A program made the translations under genes and the position numbers. Shown in pieces: positions 31,778 to 42,790 of a stretch of DNA of 64,000 nt. Under the pieces are notes generated by a model. That model did no database searches. It was not told the origin of the DNA and saw nothing but the letters and a program-made list of their open reading frames with translations. The stretch lies in the NCBI GenBank assembly GCA_003222395.1, contig QHWB01000069.1, positions 9,660-73,659 of the forward strand. The letters are read 5' to 3'. Numbering within the stretch: position 1 is the stretch's first letter; every line of letters begins with the position of its first letter. The DNA is from Acidobacteriota bacterium. GTDB taxonomy: Bacteria; Acidobacteriota; Vicinamibacteria; Vicinamibacterales; CAVVIG01.

Positions 31778-34700
31778 TCAATCGTGCCGGAGCGCAACGG
31801 CTGGATCGAGCTTGGCCGCGCGCTGAGCGGGTATCAGCGTCGAGATAAGCGCAACTATTACGAGAATCACGGTGATACTCGCCAGCGTTGCCGGGTCATG
31901 CGGGCCGGTTCCGGCAAGCATCGATCGGACGAACCGTCCCACGCCGACAGCCGCAGCCATTCCGAACGTCACACCGACGATCAGTGCGGGCAGGGTGCGC
32001 CGCACGAACATCCACGTGACGCTTGATGTCCGTGCGCCGAGCGCCATGCGAATCCCAATTTCCCTCGTTCGCTGCGTCACTGCGTAGGCGGTAACGGCGT
32101 GCAAGCCGATGGCCGCGAGCAACAACGCGATCAGCGCGAAAGTCGAGAACATGGTGGCGAACGCCTCATTGGCAAATCGGGTTCCTGCGACAAACTGATC
32201 GAGCGTTGTGACGCTCGCCAGCGGGAGCTCGGCGGCGATTGACGACAGGGTGTTTCGGAGGGTTGAAGCAACTTGGACGCGAGTGCGCGCGGATCGCGCC
32301 ATGATGATCATCTGCGACGTAGGACTCGAACGATACGGAACATAGACGACCGGATCGAAGTCCCGTGCGTAATGTTGACGGACCATTGGCGACACACCGA
32401 CAATCGTCAGCCACGTCTGCTTGTCGCTCCGGCTACGCGGATTGGTCACCTTGATCCGGTGTCCGAGCGGATTGACGCCGCGCATGTACATCGAGACGAA
32501 CCGCTCGTTGACGATCACCGTCTCGTGGCCGGGGCTGCCGTCGTCGCGCGTAAAGGGTCGTCCCTGCTGAAGCTTCAGTCGAAGTGTGTCGAAGTAGCGT
32601 GGACCGATCATGACGTACGAGGCCGTAACCGGTGCAACCATCCGGGTCGCGGCGCCTTCGAGTTCCACGAGCCACAGAGGCGCGTCGTAGAACGGGTACA
32701 CCGACGCGAGCGAGGCCACCTCGACATCTGGTGAGGTCGCGAGTCGATCTTCGAGGGCGCGATAGACGACCAGCTGTTGCTCGGGCGTCCTGTAGCGCTG
32801 TGGGGGAAGGTCGACGCTGGCGAGGACGACATCGGACGTGTCGACAATCGAGTCGGCGCGGTACACGGCCGCGAGTGTCTTCGCCAGCAAGCCGGCGCCG
32901 GCGAGAAGCGCGAGCGTGAGCGTGAACTCGACGACCAACAATCCATTTGTCCAGAACCGCGGTTGGTCAGATGTGGGTGTCTGCCTCGAGATGACAATCG
33001 CCGGACCGACGCCGAACAGGAATGCGCAGGCGACAATGACTGCGAACAGGTAGCCGAAGACCTCGCGATGAATCGCGAAGTTGTACCAGTAGGGCCAATT
33101 CGCGAGGGGCAGAGAAACGACCCATACGTGAACACCTGTCACGCCGACAACAAGCCCCAGCGCACCGGCGGCGACCGCTAGGATCGAGTGCTCGACGAGC
33201 AGCTGGCGGGTCAGCTGCCATCGCGTCGCGCCAATCGATCTGCGAATAGCGATCTCGTTCGCGCGTCGCGCGCCTCGGGCCGACAAGAGGTTGGCGACGT
33301 TGGCGCAGCCGATGATCAACACGAACGAGACGGCAAGGAGCATCGCGTCCCACGGGTTTGCGATCGAAAACTCTTCGGCGTAACCCCTGACAGCCGGACG
33401 GGTATCTCGGTTTGTGAGGGGATAGGCGCGCGACAGCGCGTCGCCGATTCCTGCCAAGTCGGCCCGCGCCTGTTCGACGGATACGCCATCTTTCAAGCGG
33501 CCGACGACCTGCAGCGTGCGCGTGTCGCGGCTTTCAGTCAGCAGATCCGGGGCGGTCGCCAGCGGCATCCACAGGTCGTGGACGAGCGGAAACCGGAACC
33601 CGGGTCGCATGACACCGATGACGGTCATGTCGATGCCGTTCGCACGAATCGTCTTGCCCACGATTGCGGGATCGCCGCCGTAGCGCGCCTTCCAGAGGCC
33701 GCCCCCGAGGATCACAATAGGGGCAGCGCCAGGCTGATCGTCAAATTGCGAGAAATCGCGCCCGAGGATGGGCCGGTCTCCGATCAGCTGAAATGTTTCG
33801 GCCGAAATATAGGCACTCGTCGCGCGTTCAGGAAGTAGGCCGCGGTCGGTGAGATTGATGCCGACACCACGATACGCAACCATCTGCGTCACGGTGCGAG
33901 TCTGCGACCTCCAATCTTGGAAATCGGCGTACGACACGCCGAACGGATGTCCCGACCGATCCGCACTCGCCAACACAATCGCGCGTTCTTCGTCCGGGAT
34001 CCTCGGCCGTCCCCCCATCCCGTTGACGATCGTGAACATCGTGACGTTTGCGCCAATCGCGAGCGCCATGGTCGACACCACGAGCAGGCTAAACGCGCGC
34101 TCACGACAGAGCAGCCGAAACGCGTACCGCGCGTCGCCCAGTGTGCCCTGCACCAGGGGCTGCCTCTCTGGGTTTACTAGTTGGGATGGGACGTCCGCGT
34201 CGACGTTCGATGTACCGATCAGGTCGAGGATCACGGCTGCCTCGTCGGCCGCTTCACCTGTCGGGCTGGCGATCGTCCATCGCTGCCGACTGAATCGGCC
34301 GATGGTCAATTCGAATGCTCCGACCGGTATCAGCAGAAGCAGTGGTGGGATTCGTAGGCACCCGTACGCGAACGCGTATGCGCCGATGGCATAGATCGGC
34401 CATCGAGTCTTCAGTCTCGCGTGACCGGGGCGATAGGCACGCGTGAACGGGAGAAAATCAATCGTCAGCACGATGACGTCGGCGAGCGCAACGATCAACA
34501 AGACCGTTCGTGCCGCGTGAGCCCAGCCGCCGATGGCAAAGGCCATGGCACCAAGAGCGGGCGCGACCAGGGCGGCGATCGCGGCGCGCACGCCGCGCGC
34601 GTATGAATCGAAACGAGCTGGTGCGTTGACGTTAAACGTCCACGCCGACGGCAATTCGCTCGGCACGAAGAACGCGGCCCGAAGGCCGATGATGGCCCAA

Positions 34701-35860
34701 AAGGCCAGCATTAACGGTGCAGCCAGAAAGCTAGCAAGCGATCCGACTCCCTGACGAGCAAGGCTGACCGCGATCAGTGCGACGCCAATCCCGGCGTTCA
34801 TCGCAATCGGCGCCTGTTGTGCCCGGTTTCTGACAATCGTGGTCAGGATGAAGTCGGACACCGCATGGGCGAGGCGATCGCCGCGGCACAACGCACGCGC
34901 AATCGCCCGGCTGACCGTGGCTTTTCCAAGCGGGCCGACAGTAGCCAAGGGCGTCAGCGCACGTCGCATCTGCAGATGGATCGCCAGCACTGAAGTCACG
35001 AATGCTCCCGACACGGCGGCCGGCACCAGCAGGCTGGCGCCTCGACTGATCGCGATCACCTCAGCCCAGTGTCCTCGTGGCGAGGCTCGAAGGACCTCGA
35101 ACCACGCGATGAACCACGTGATGGGCGGAATCGTCATCTGCGCCACCGCGAGACGTCCTTGCCTGTGAGGTGACGCGAACGCGGTCACGACAAGCTCGAG
35201 AATCGCGACGACGAGCAGGAACTGGAACCCCGATCCGAGTAGTGCGGCGAGCCGTGCGCCGCCGAGCATCACGACGAGACTTCGTGCGATCACCACGATA
35301 CAGAACGCGACGATGGCTGCGCACGTGGTCACGACGAGGCAGGCGAAGAAGTTCACTATGAACACGCGCCATCCGGCGCGATCGGCCGTTCCGAGTGCGA
35401 ACAGCAACGAGTTGAGGATCCCGATCCCGAGCGAGCTGCCGAGCAGCAGCGCGCCGAGAGCGGCGAGCTTCGCGGTCATGATCGTCGACGCGCGCAGCGG
35501 TAACGGACCGAGGACCATTGCGTCCCGTCGGTCGAACGTCAGTGCGTCCCACGCGTACGCCGCAACCAGGCCGACGGTGATCATGGAATACGCGATCAGC
35601 AATCCGACCGCTGCCTCGGTCGCATCGTCGAACGCCAACCCCCGCACGGCATTCAAACGGATGATCACGGCGGCCGGTACCTGCATCCGTCCGCTGTAGG
35701 CGAGCGGCTGGTACTGCCCGAAGCCCTTCGGGAACAGGAGCAGGCACGGCGTAATCACAAATGCGAGGACGCCGAAGATCGCCTGACGGAGCTGAACGTC
35801 CGAGGTGACCGTCTCACTCGTGAAGAACTGCGCGAAAAACGTCCGGAAGAGCGTCTTCAT
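31778..35860 (-). CDS. Fusion of a ~560-aa multi-TM membrane protein with an ADOP permease
   Basis: ATG 35860 overlaps the ATPase stop. N-half WDALTFDRRDAMVLGPLP...PSELPSAWTF; C-half ALAIGANVTMF, CANVANLL, EIGIRMALGA, AAKLDPAVALRHD. Confidence 0.85.
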   Translation of the reverse strand: MKTLFRTFFAQFFTSETVTSDVQLRQAIFGVLAFVITPCLLLFPKGFGQYQPLAYSGRMQVPAAVIIRLNAVRGLAFDDATEAAVGLLIAYSMITVGLVAAYAWDALTFDRRDAMVLGPLPLRASTIMTAKLAALGALLLGSSLGIGILNSLLFALGTADRAGWRVFIVNFFACLVVTTCAAIVAFCIVVIARSLVVMLGGARLAALLGSGFQFLLVVAILELVVTAFASPHRQGRLAVAQMTIPPITWFIAWFEVLRASPRGHWAEVIAISRGASLLVPAAVSGAFVTSVLAIHLQMRRALTPLATVGPLGKATVSRAIARALCRGDRLAHAVSDFILTTIVRNRAQQAPIAMNAGIGVALIAVSLARQGVGSLASFLAAPLMLAFWAIIGLRAAFFVPSELPSAWTFNVNAPARFDSYARGVRAAIAALVAPALGAMAFAIGGWAHAARTVLLIVALADVIVLTIDFLPFTRAYRPGHARLKTRWPIYAIGAYAFAYGCLRIPPLLLLIPVGAFELTIGRFSRQRWTIASPTGEAADEAAVILDLIGTSNVDADVPSQLVNPERQPLVQGTLGDARYAFRLLCRERAFSLLVVSTMALAIGANVTMFTIVNGMGGRPRIPDEERAIVLASADRSGHPFGVSYADFQDWRSQTRTVTQMVAYRGVGINLTDRGLLPERATSAYISAETFQLIGDRPILGRDFSQFDDQPGAAPIVILGGGLWKARYGGDPAIVGKTIRANGIDMTVIGVMRPGFRFPLVHDLWMPLATAPDLLTESRDTRTLQVVGRLKDGVSVEQARADLAGIGDALSRAYPLTNRDTRPAVRGYAEEFSIANPWDAMLLAVSFVLIIGCANVANLLSARGARRANEIAIRRSIGATRWQLTRQLLVEHSILAVAAGALGLVVGVTGVHVWVVSLPLANWPYWYNFAIHREVFGYLFAVIVACAFLFGVGPAIVISRQTPTSDQPRFWTNGLLVVEFTLTLALLAGAGLLAKTLAAVYRADSIVDTSDVVLASVDLPPQRYRTPEQQLVVYRALEDRLATSPDVEVASLASVYPFYDAPLWLVELEGAATRMVAPVTASYVMIGPRYFDTLRLKLQQGRPFTRDDGSPGHETVIVNERFVSMYMRGVNPLGHRIKVTNPRSRSDKQTWLTIVGVSPMVRQHYARDFDPVVYVPYRSSPTSQMIIMARSARTRVQVASTLRNTLSSIAAELPLASVTTLDQFVAGTRFANEAFATMFSTFALIALLLAAIGLHAVTAYAVTQRTREIGIRMALGARTSSVTWMFVRRTLPALIVGVTFGMAAAVGVGRFVRSMLAGTGPHDPATLASITVILVIVALISTLIPAQRAAKLDPAVALRHD

Positions 35861-36621
35861 GACCCCATGACCTCGACCAGACCTCGGGCGCACCCAGTGA
35901 CGTTTTCTTCGCGGACAAGACTGGCGAACACCGCGTCGAGCGACGGGAGTTGGAGCGTCGAGCGCAGCTGTGGCACAGAATCGTGACCGACGACGACGCC
36001 GTCCTTCAGAATCACGACTCGCGAGCAGACCTGTTCGACGACCTCCAATACATGCGAGCTAAAGACGACGATCTTTCCTTCGTCTGCGAGCGCCTTGACG
36101 AAGGCTTTCAGAATTCGGGCGGCGCTGACGTCCAGTCCGGAAAATGGTTCGTCGAGCACGACCACTTGCGGATTGTGCAGGACGGCAGCTGAAATCAGAA
36201 TCTTTTGGCGCGTGCCTTTGGAGTACGACGACAACGTCTGATAGCGGTCGTCGTAAATGTCCAGCAGCTGCAGGAAACGATCGATCTTGGCGTTCAGCGC
36301 GCCTTCGTCGATGTTGCGAAGACGCCCCACGAGGCGCAAGTACTCAGGACCGGTGAGGTAGGAGTACAGGTGAGGTTCTTCAGGTACGTAGCCGATTTTC
36401 GCTTTGTACTTTGGGAGGTCCGCAAATATATCGGTTCCGTTAACGGTGACGTCGCCGGCCGACGGATGCAGCAGGCCAGTCAGAATCTTGACAGTCGTGC
36501 TCTTGCCGCTACCATTGGGTCCGAGCAAGCCCAACACTTCGCCAGGCCGAGCCTGAAATGACACGTCGCGAGGTGCGGTTAGAGCACCGTAATGCTTTGT
36601 GAGACTCTCGGCAACAAGCAT
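35857..36621 (-). CDS. ABC transporter ATP-binding protein
   Basis: GPNGSGKST, YSKG.RQK, VVLDEPFSGLD, SSH. Confidence 0.95.
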   Translation of the reverse strand: MLVAESLTKHYGALTAPRDVSFQARPGEVLGLLGPNGSGKSTTVKILTGLLHPSAGDVTVNGTDIFADLPKYKAKIGYVPEEPHLYSYLTGPEYLRLVGRLRNIDEGALNAKIDRFLQLLDIYDDRYQTLSSYSKGTRQKILISAAVLHNPQVVVLDEPFSGLDVSAARILKAFVKALADEGKIVVFSSHVLEVVEQVCSRVVILKDGVVVGHDSVPQLRSTLQLPSLDAVFASLVREENVTGCARGLVEVMGS

Positions 36622-36883
36622 GGAATATTGGACACCGCGTGACCGCTCCCAGGTCGAATTCGAGCGATGCAAAGCAGCTGTGGCTTCTGGCGGGCGCGGA
36701 AACCCCGTGAAGGCATTGCAGGCCGTTGCCCTAACGAGTAGTCGCTAGGTGATCAAGTCCACCAGACCGACGATCCCGTAACTTCTAGCGCCAAGTGGAT
36801 CGTCCCGTTAATGCATCACAATTCAACGACTCTGCTGATGGTGGTGGCGTATCGTCTGTCGAAAACGAGCCGTCCGACCTGGA

Positions 36884-37065
36884 TTAATTGGTCCTCAACG
36901 CGACGATGGGATCGACGCGAGCGGCGTGCCGCGCCGGAAGCCAGAGGCCGATCACGGCCGCGAACGTGAGCGCAACGGGGACAAGCGCGTAGGTGATCGG
37001 ATCGTGGACCGTGACACCGAATAAAAACGACCTGAGAACCCTACCGAATGCCGCCGCCGCTGCCA
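36884..37065 (-). pseudogene. C-terminal fragment of ADOP permease
   Basis: LFGVTVHDPITY...PARHAARVDPIVALRTN*. Confidence 0.75.
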
Positions 37066-37092
37066 TAGGGTGTGGGTCACAAGAACGCACCT

Positions 37093-37200
37093 GTGACCCA
37101 TCTCAGAAGGATGATGCTGGAAGAACTCCAGCGTCGGAACTACGCGCCGAATGCGATTCACGCGTACCTACATTCGGTTGAAGTTGAACAGTTCGCTAGA
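37093..37200 (+). pseudogene. Tyrosine recombinase N-terminal SAM-like domain fragment
   Basis: VTHLRRMMLEELQRRNYAPNAIHAYLHSVE...FAR (Phage_int_SAM_4-like start). Confidence 0.65.
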
Positions 37201-37594
37201 CCACTTCGCAGTGAAGACATCACCGCGGCCGTTTGCGTGGATGGTGAGCGCTTCGAAGGCTTGACGTCCAGACGGTTGCGATGCTTGACTTGCGGGGCAT
37301 GCGCTTTGCTCTTAATGGGACCGTCAGGATGAGATCGCGGCGACGCGTCCGGACCGACCTCGTGCAGACGAATGAGAAGCGCTCGTTCGCCGAGCATTCC
37401 GCTTCCGCGCACGCTGTCAGCGTCGTCCGGCGCCAAGCGATGAGAACTGACGTGCAGAACCTGGCGAACCGAAGCACTGAGCTGCAGCGATCCGCGCACT
37501 CTCCCGCGCGTTCCTTCGCGGACGCGACTCACCGAGCGGCTCGGATTCACGCCGTCGAACGCTGCCGCTGGCAAAACCCCTTAGGAGTACGCAC

Positions 37595-38308
37595 ATGAAC
37601 AAGTATCTGACCGAACTCATCGGCACGTTCTTCCTTGTCCTTACGATTGGGCTGTCAGTGTTGGGCGGCACCCCGATGGCGCCGCTCGCCATCGGCGCTG
37701 TGCTCATGGTGATGGTGTACATGGGCGGGCACGTCTCCGGAGGGCACTACAACCCAGCCGTCTCGCTGGCTGTCCTGATGCGGGGCAAGCTCCAGCCTCG
37801 CGACGTCGCGCCCTATATGACCATGCAGGTTCTGGGCGCCGTTGCCGCCGCAATTGTGGTCTACGTAGTACTCGGGCGGACCTTCGCGCCCGCGCCGGGA
37901 CAGGGAGCCTCCGCGGTTGGCGCTCTTCTCATCGAGGTGCTGTACACGACCGCCCTCTGCCTAGTCGTCCTCCACAGCGCGACCGCACCGCAGACGACGG
38001 GCAATTCGTTCTACGGTCTAGCGATCGGGTTCACCGTGGCCGCCGGCGCCTTTGCCGGGGGGCCGATCTCGGGTGGAGCTTTCAACCCGGCCGTTGGCAT
38101 CGGGCCGATTCTCGTCTCGGCGGTGCTCGACCACGGCTCGCTGGCCAACCTATGGCTCTACCTGCTGGGGCCGTTCGTCGGCGGCGCGCTCGCAGCCGCG
38201 GTGTACCGTGTGCAACAGCCTGCGGAGGCCACGCCGCAGGAGGCGCTGGCGGCTCGCGCCGATTTAGGCGAGGCGGTACCGAGTTCGCGCCGGAGGACAC
38301 CAGCGTAG
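37595..38308 (+). CDS. Aquaporin / MIP channel
   Basis: SGGHYNPAVS and SGGAFNPAVG NPA motifs; six TM segments; RBS AGGAG. Confidence 0.93.
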   Translation: MNKYLTELIGTFFLVLTIGLSVLGGTPMAPLAIGAVLMVMVYMGGHVSGGHYNPAVSLAVLMRGKLQPRDVAPYMTMQVLGAVAAAIVVYVVLGRTFAPAPGQGASAVGALLIEVLYTTALCLVVLHSATAPQTTGNSFYGLAIGFTVAAGAFAGGPISGGAFNPAVGIGPILVSAVLDHGSLANLWLYLLGPFVGGALAAAVYRVQQPAEATPQEALAARADLGEAVPSSRRRTPA

Positions 38309-38619
38309 AGACCTCAAACGACGCTGCCGCGCGGATCACAACCAGCCCCACCGCCGGCTGCACGACGGCGGCGCAATGGAACCGTGTGATTCGAGCGGAG
38401 CGTCGCGCTGCGGATCCTGCGGCGCAGAAATGAGGAACGGCGCGCGCGGCACTCGCGCGCGACATGTGTCGCTCCTCCGCGCCGTCCGCGATCTTCCCGT
38501 ATTGAGGCTGGCCGCCTGGGCCTCCACCCTTCAGGGATGTTTTGGTCGACCGTTATCTTGGTACCGCCGAGCCGTTCGTATGGCCGGTCATGAAGTAGTT
38601 GCGCGCGTCGTTGACGAGC

Positions 38620-39200
38620 GTGTTGAAGGTACGCCAGTCATCCGGGCGATCGCTCGGCATTCCGTTGCTGCAAGGGCGCAACATCGCCTGGAGCGACACG
38701 CGAGACTCGACGCCAATCGCGATCGTCACTGACGCGCTCGCGCGCTCGTTGTTTCCGAACTTCGGCGCGATCGGACGTCGAGTTCGCGTCGTTACGCGAC
38801 AGACGCCTCCTAAGTTCGAGATCGTCGGTATTGTCGCCGATGCGCCGTACAGATGCCTTGACGAACCGCACCAGCCGACGTTGGTCCGTGCGTTCCCAGG
38901 ACAACGTCTCGATTCAGCAGCCGATCATGCTCGTACGCACCGATCATAACGTCGCACTCGTGGTCGACTCGTTCCGGAACATGGCTTCGACATCCGGGCG
39001 TCACTTCGTGCGCGATGTCGCCAGACTCGATCAGTACGTCGACGAAGTGCTCCTGCGCGAACGGCTGACGGCATGGCTATCCCGCGGCGCTCGCGGCCGC
39101 GTGCGCCGTACTCGCACTCGCCCGCGCTGCTGGCCGCCTACATTCCGGCACGGCGCGCGGCTGCCGTCGATCCCCTCGTCGCGCTACGCTGGGAGTAATC
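38620..39200 (+). pseudogene. Degraded ADOP permease fragment
   Basis: LGIPLLQGR...AIGRRVR...FEIVGIVADA...ERLTAWLS, with frameshifts. Confidence 0.6.
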
Positions 39201-39492
39201 ACGGATTCCGGAACTGTCCTTCGAGTCGCCTCGCCAGACTTCGCTCGGCCTTCAGGCAAGCCTTCTCTGGGCGGCGACGTGATGAAGCAGATTCGACTCG
39301 CGCGTAAATCGATAAGACCGTGACGAAGATCAGCGGAGCGCTCGGTCCGCAACATGCGCGTCGAACTTGCACCTGAAGGCGAGTGAGCGAGAAACCGCCG
39401 CTAACGATAAGTCCCCAAAAAGTCGCCTAGTCTTTACGCATCCGAGCATCGAATGATGCAATTCTGCCGCGCAGTTTGGCGAATCAGTTGGC

Positions 39493-39521
39493 TTGACACG
39501 CTGACGCGATGCACGTAATTT
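39493..39521 (+). promoter_or_regulatory. Putative sigma70 promoter
   Basis: TTGACA, 17 bp spacer, TAATTT just upstream of the ADOP gene. Confidence 0.5.
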
Positions 39522-39534
39522 CGATCCATCTTTT

Positions 39535-41955
39535 GTGGCGATTATCCGCCGCGCGTTGCCGCCGTTGGAGATCGTCGCCCGCGACGTCCGATACGCAGTT
39601 CGAGGGATGCGGCGGACGCCGGCCTTCAGCGCTGCCGCGCTCAGCACGCTCGCGCTCGCCATCGGCGCAAATACGGCGATCTTCAGCGTCGTCGACCAAC
39701 TGCTGATCCGGCCGCTCGCATATCGCGAGGCCGGCCGTCTCGTCGTGATCGACGCGACGCGGGACTACGAGGGCACACCTCGGCCCGGACACGTCTACTG
39801 GCCGTTGGATGCGGCGGAGCGCTGGCAGGAGTCGCTTCGCGCCTTCTCCGACGTCACGTTCTACACGAACCAGGTCTTTCAGTTATCGACCCGGGATGGC
39901 GCGGAAATACTGGACGGTGCGACGGTCGCACCTTCGTTCTTCTCCGCGGTCGGCGGACCGATTCTCGCTGGGCGCCCGATCGGGCCGGCTGACATGCTGA
40001 CGCCGTCGATTGTGATCAGCCAGCGGCTGGCACAGCGGCTCTTCAACGGAGCCTCCGCCGCGCTCGGCGCGCATGTCGTCCTCAACTCAACTGACTACGT
40101 CGTCATCGGCGTCGCCGGACCGCAATGGGACGTGCCGTCGTGGAAGACAGACGTGTGGGAGTCTTCAGCCTTCGCGCACGCTCGCAGACCGCAATGCTGC
40201 AGCGTCCAGCTGCTGGGCCGCCTGAAGCGCGATGTCACGATCGCGCAGGCGCGCGCCGACGTCGCCGACGCGGCGCGGGCGCTCGCGACGGCCGACTCGA
40301 AAACCTTCGGCCGGCTGCACACGACGGTGACGACGCTGCGCGACAAGCAACTCGGCGACGGCAGGCCGGCGCTGCTGCTCCTCTGGGCCGCCGTGGGAAT
40401 CGTTTTGATCGTCGCGTGCGCGAATATCGTGAACCTGCTCGTCGCGCGTAACGTCGCGCGCACTCGTGAAACATCGATTCGGCAAGCGCTGGGTGCATCA
40501 CGCGGCCAACTCGTCGTGCAGGGGCTGATCGAATCCGGGCTCCTTGCGGCCGGCGGCGTCGGCGGCGGAGTCGTCATCGCACAAGTGGCCGCCGCCGCGC
40601 TCACGCGCGTCGATCCCGAGACGTTTCCGCGCCTGCACGACGTGCATGTCGATTCCCTCGTGCTCGCATTCGCCATCGGTCTCGGCCTGCTTACGACCGT
40701 GGCCACCGGCATCGCGCCGTCCATCCAGGCCGCGAACGTCTCACCGCCTCGGGCAATGACGAACGCGCCGACTCGCCGCCACCGTCGACTGCAGCAGCTG
40801 CTCTGCGTTGCGCAGCTCGGCGCCGCCGTCGTCCTGCTCGTCGCCGCGATGCTGCTCGGGCGGAGCCTGGTCGATCTCCTCGGAACCGATCTCGGCGTCA
40901 CGTCGGATCACGTCCTCACCGCGTCGATCAACACGGCATTCGGGCGCCCACACTCGGCCGATGAGATCGCCGGAACAATGCTGCGCGTCATCGACGAGGT
41001 GCAGCAGATTCCCGGCGTCCGCGCGGTCGGTGCGGGCACGAGCCTCCCGCCGGATACAAGCCGCATCATGATGTCGCTGCGGCGAAAAGGCGATGATGTC
41101 GACTACGTCGCGAGCGCGGTGGCCTGCACTCCTGGCTACTTCCAGGCGCTCGGCATCCGTCTGCTGAACGGCCGGTTCTTCACCGACGCGGACGATCCGC
41201 AGCACGCTCCGGTGATCATCGTGAGCGCTACGACAGCACGCCACCTGTTCGGCAACGACGATCCGATCGGACAGACCTTCGCGGTCCCGAAGTTTCAGTA
41301 CCGCCTGAGCAGCGGCAAGGAGGCGACCGTCGTCGGGGTGGTGTCGGACGTGAAGTACTCAGGAATCGATGCGACGGCAGGCGATCAGGTCTACTGGTCG
41401 ATGGCACAGGCACCCTGGCTTTCGGCGTTCCTGACGATCCGCACCGCCGGCGACGTGAACGTCGGGTCGGAGCTCCGGCATGTTGTCGCCTCGGTCGACG
41501 CCACTGTTGCCATGTCGTCGATCAAGACGCTGGATGGCATCATCGACACGGCGACGGCGCCGGCGCGGTTCCGCACGATCCTGATCGCCGCGTTCGCGCT
41601 CATCGGTCTCGCGATCGCGTCGATTGGACTGTACGGGATCGTCGCGTACTCCGTGTCGCAGCGGACCGCGGAGATCGGCGTTCGTGTCGCGCTCGGCGCC
41701 GGCACGAGCAACGTGATGTCGCTCGTCCTGCGCGAAGGGGTCGCAATCGCCGCGGCAGGCGTCGCGATCGGGCTTCCGACGGCGTACGCCACGAGTCGGA
41801 TGTTCGCGGCGTTGCTGTTCGGCGTGAAGCCAAACGACCTGTTCACGTACGTCGCGTCGGCCCTCGGGCTGATCGCCGTGGCGCTTGCGGCCAGCTACGC
41901 GCCGGCACGCCGGGCCGCGCGCGTCGATCCCATCGTCGCACTCCGGGCCGAGTAG
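39535..41955 (+). CDS. ADOP family ABC permease
   Basis: TLALAIGANTAIFSVV, ACANIVNLL, EIGVRVALGA, PARRAARVDPIVALRAE. Confidence 0.93.
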   Translation: MAIIRRALPPLEIVARDVRYAVRGMRRTPAFSAAALSTLALAIGANTAIFSVVDQLLIRPLAYREAGRLVVIDATRDYEGTPRPGHVYWPLDAAERWQESLRAFSDVTFYTNQVFQLSTRDGAEILDGATVAPSFFSAVGGPILAGRPIGPADMLTPSIVISQRLAQRLFNGASAALGAHVVLNSTDYVVIGVAGPQWDVPSWKTDVWESSAFAHARRPQCCSVQLLGRLKRDVTIAQARADVADAARALATADSKTFGRLHTTVTTLRDKQLGDGRPALLLLWAAVGIVLIVACANIVNLLVARNVARTRETSIRQALGASRGQLVVQGLIESGLLAAGGVGGGVVIAQVAAAALTRVDPETFPRLHDVHVDSLVLAFAIGLGLLTTVATGIAPSIQAANVSPPRAMTNAPTRRHRRLQQLLCVAQLGAAVVLLVAAMLLGRSLVDLLGTDLGVTSDHVLTASINTAFGRPHSADEIAGTMLRVIDEVQQIPGVRAVGAGTSLPPDTSRIMMSLRRKGDDVDYVASAVACTPGYFQALGIRLLNGRFFTDADDPQHAPVIIVSATTARHLFGNDDPIGQTFAVPKFQYRLSSGKEATVVGVVSDVKYSGIDATAGDQVYWSMAQAPWLSAFLTIRTAGDVNVGSELRHVVASVDATVAMSSIKTLDGIIDTATAPARFRTILIAAFALIGLAIASIGLYGIVAYSVSQRTAEIGVRVALGAGTSNVMSLVLREGVAIAAAGVAIGLPTAYATSRMFAALLFGVKPNDLFTYVASALGLIAVALAASYAPARRAARVDPIVALRAE

Positions 41956-42294
41956 GGGACAGAGTCGAGTACTGCCGCGACGCTGGCGCCTCAAGGGGGT
42001 TGCTCGTCCGATCGGCGTTTGCTCACGACTGACCTGAGAAATGAGCTGCGCTTCGCCGCGACGCGATCGCACGGGCTTGGAGGGAGCGTCGGCTGCCGCG
42101 ATGTTGTTGTCCGGTTTTCCGAACCCGTTCGCGTCCGCGAGCACACCGACGATCGTCAACCGACCTTGCGATAAAACTCAGCGGGCGGTGCCCTAGGTTC
42201 TGGATCTGCGCTGCTGCAGTCAGAGTGTGGCTTTCAGTTCGAGAAAGCCCGCAATCTTCTGGCGAAGCGAAGAGATCATCGAGCTCCGCCGCCA

Positions 42295-42729
42295 TCAGTG
42301 GCGCAGGTGTTCCGAACTGGGACCGCCCGGGTGCACCGTGTTCCGCTCAGCGTGCCAGGTCAGATTTCCGACTGTACTCACTAATGTTCCCTGCAGCGAC
42401 CCGTCTGGCTGAAGCGTTCCAATCGCGAAGAGGTCAATGTCATTTGAGTCGTCGCTGTGCCGGATTCCGCCGCCGTCCGACGAGCCCGCAAAATGAATCA
42501 GCCCCTTCCTGAATTCTCCTTGCAACGGAAACGAACCGTGGAATCCTTCGAGGGTCCCTGTCACTCTCGTGCCGTCCTGTCGCAGCGACAGCGGCATGAC
42601 GTAGCCCTCGGCGGAGAAAGTCCATTCTCCGCTGAGCGTTCGCACCTCGGGTGTCGCCTTCTGAGCAGACGCTCCCGCGTTGTGCACTGTCGCGATGATC
42701 GCAAGTACCAGCGCGAGTGCTAATCGCAT
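42295..42729 (-). CDS. Secreted hypothetical beta-rich protein
   Basis: RBS AGGAGG, signal peptide, LSGEWTF...LSLRQDGTRVTGTL. Confidence 0.65.
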   Translation of the reverse strand: MRLALALVLAIIATVHNAGASAQKATPEVRTLSGEWTFSAEGYVMPLSLRQDGTRVTGTLEGFHGSFPLQGEFRKGLIHFAGSSDGGGIRHSDDSNDIDLFAIGTLQPDGSLQGTLVSTVGNLTWHAERNTVHPGGPSSEHLRH

Positions 42730-42790
42730 CGGGTCGCCTCCTGTTCGTCACGAAGACCAGGTGTCGCGGTCGGGTTCCGCGTGTGCTCGG

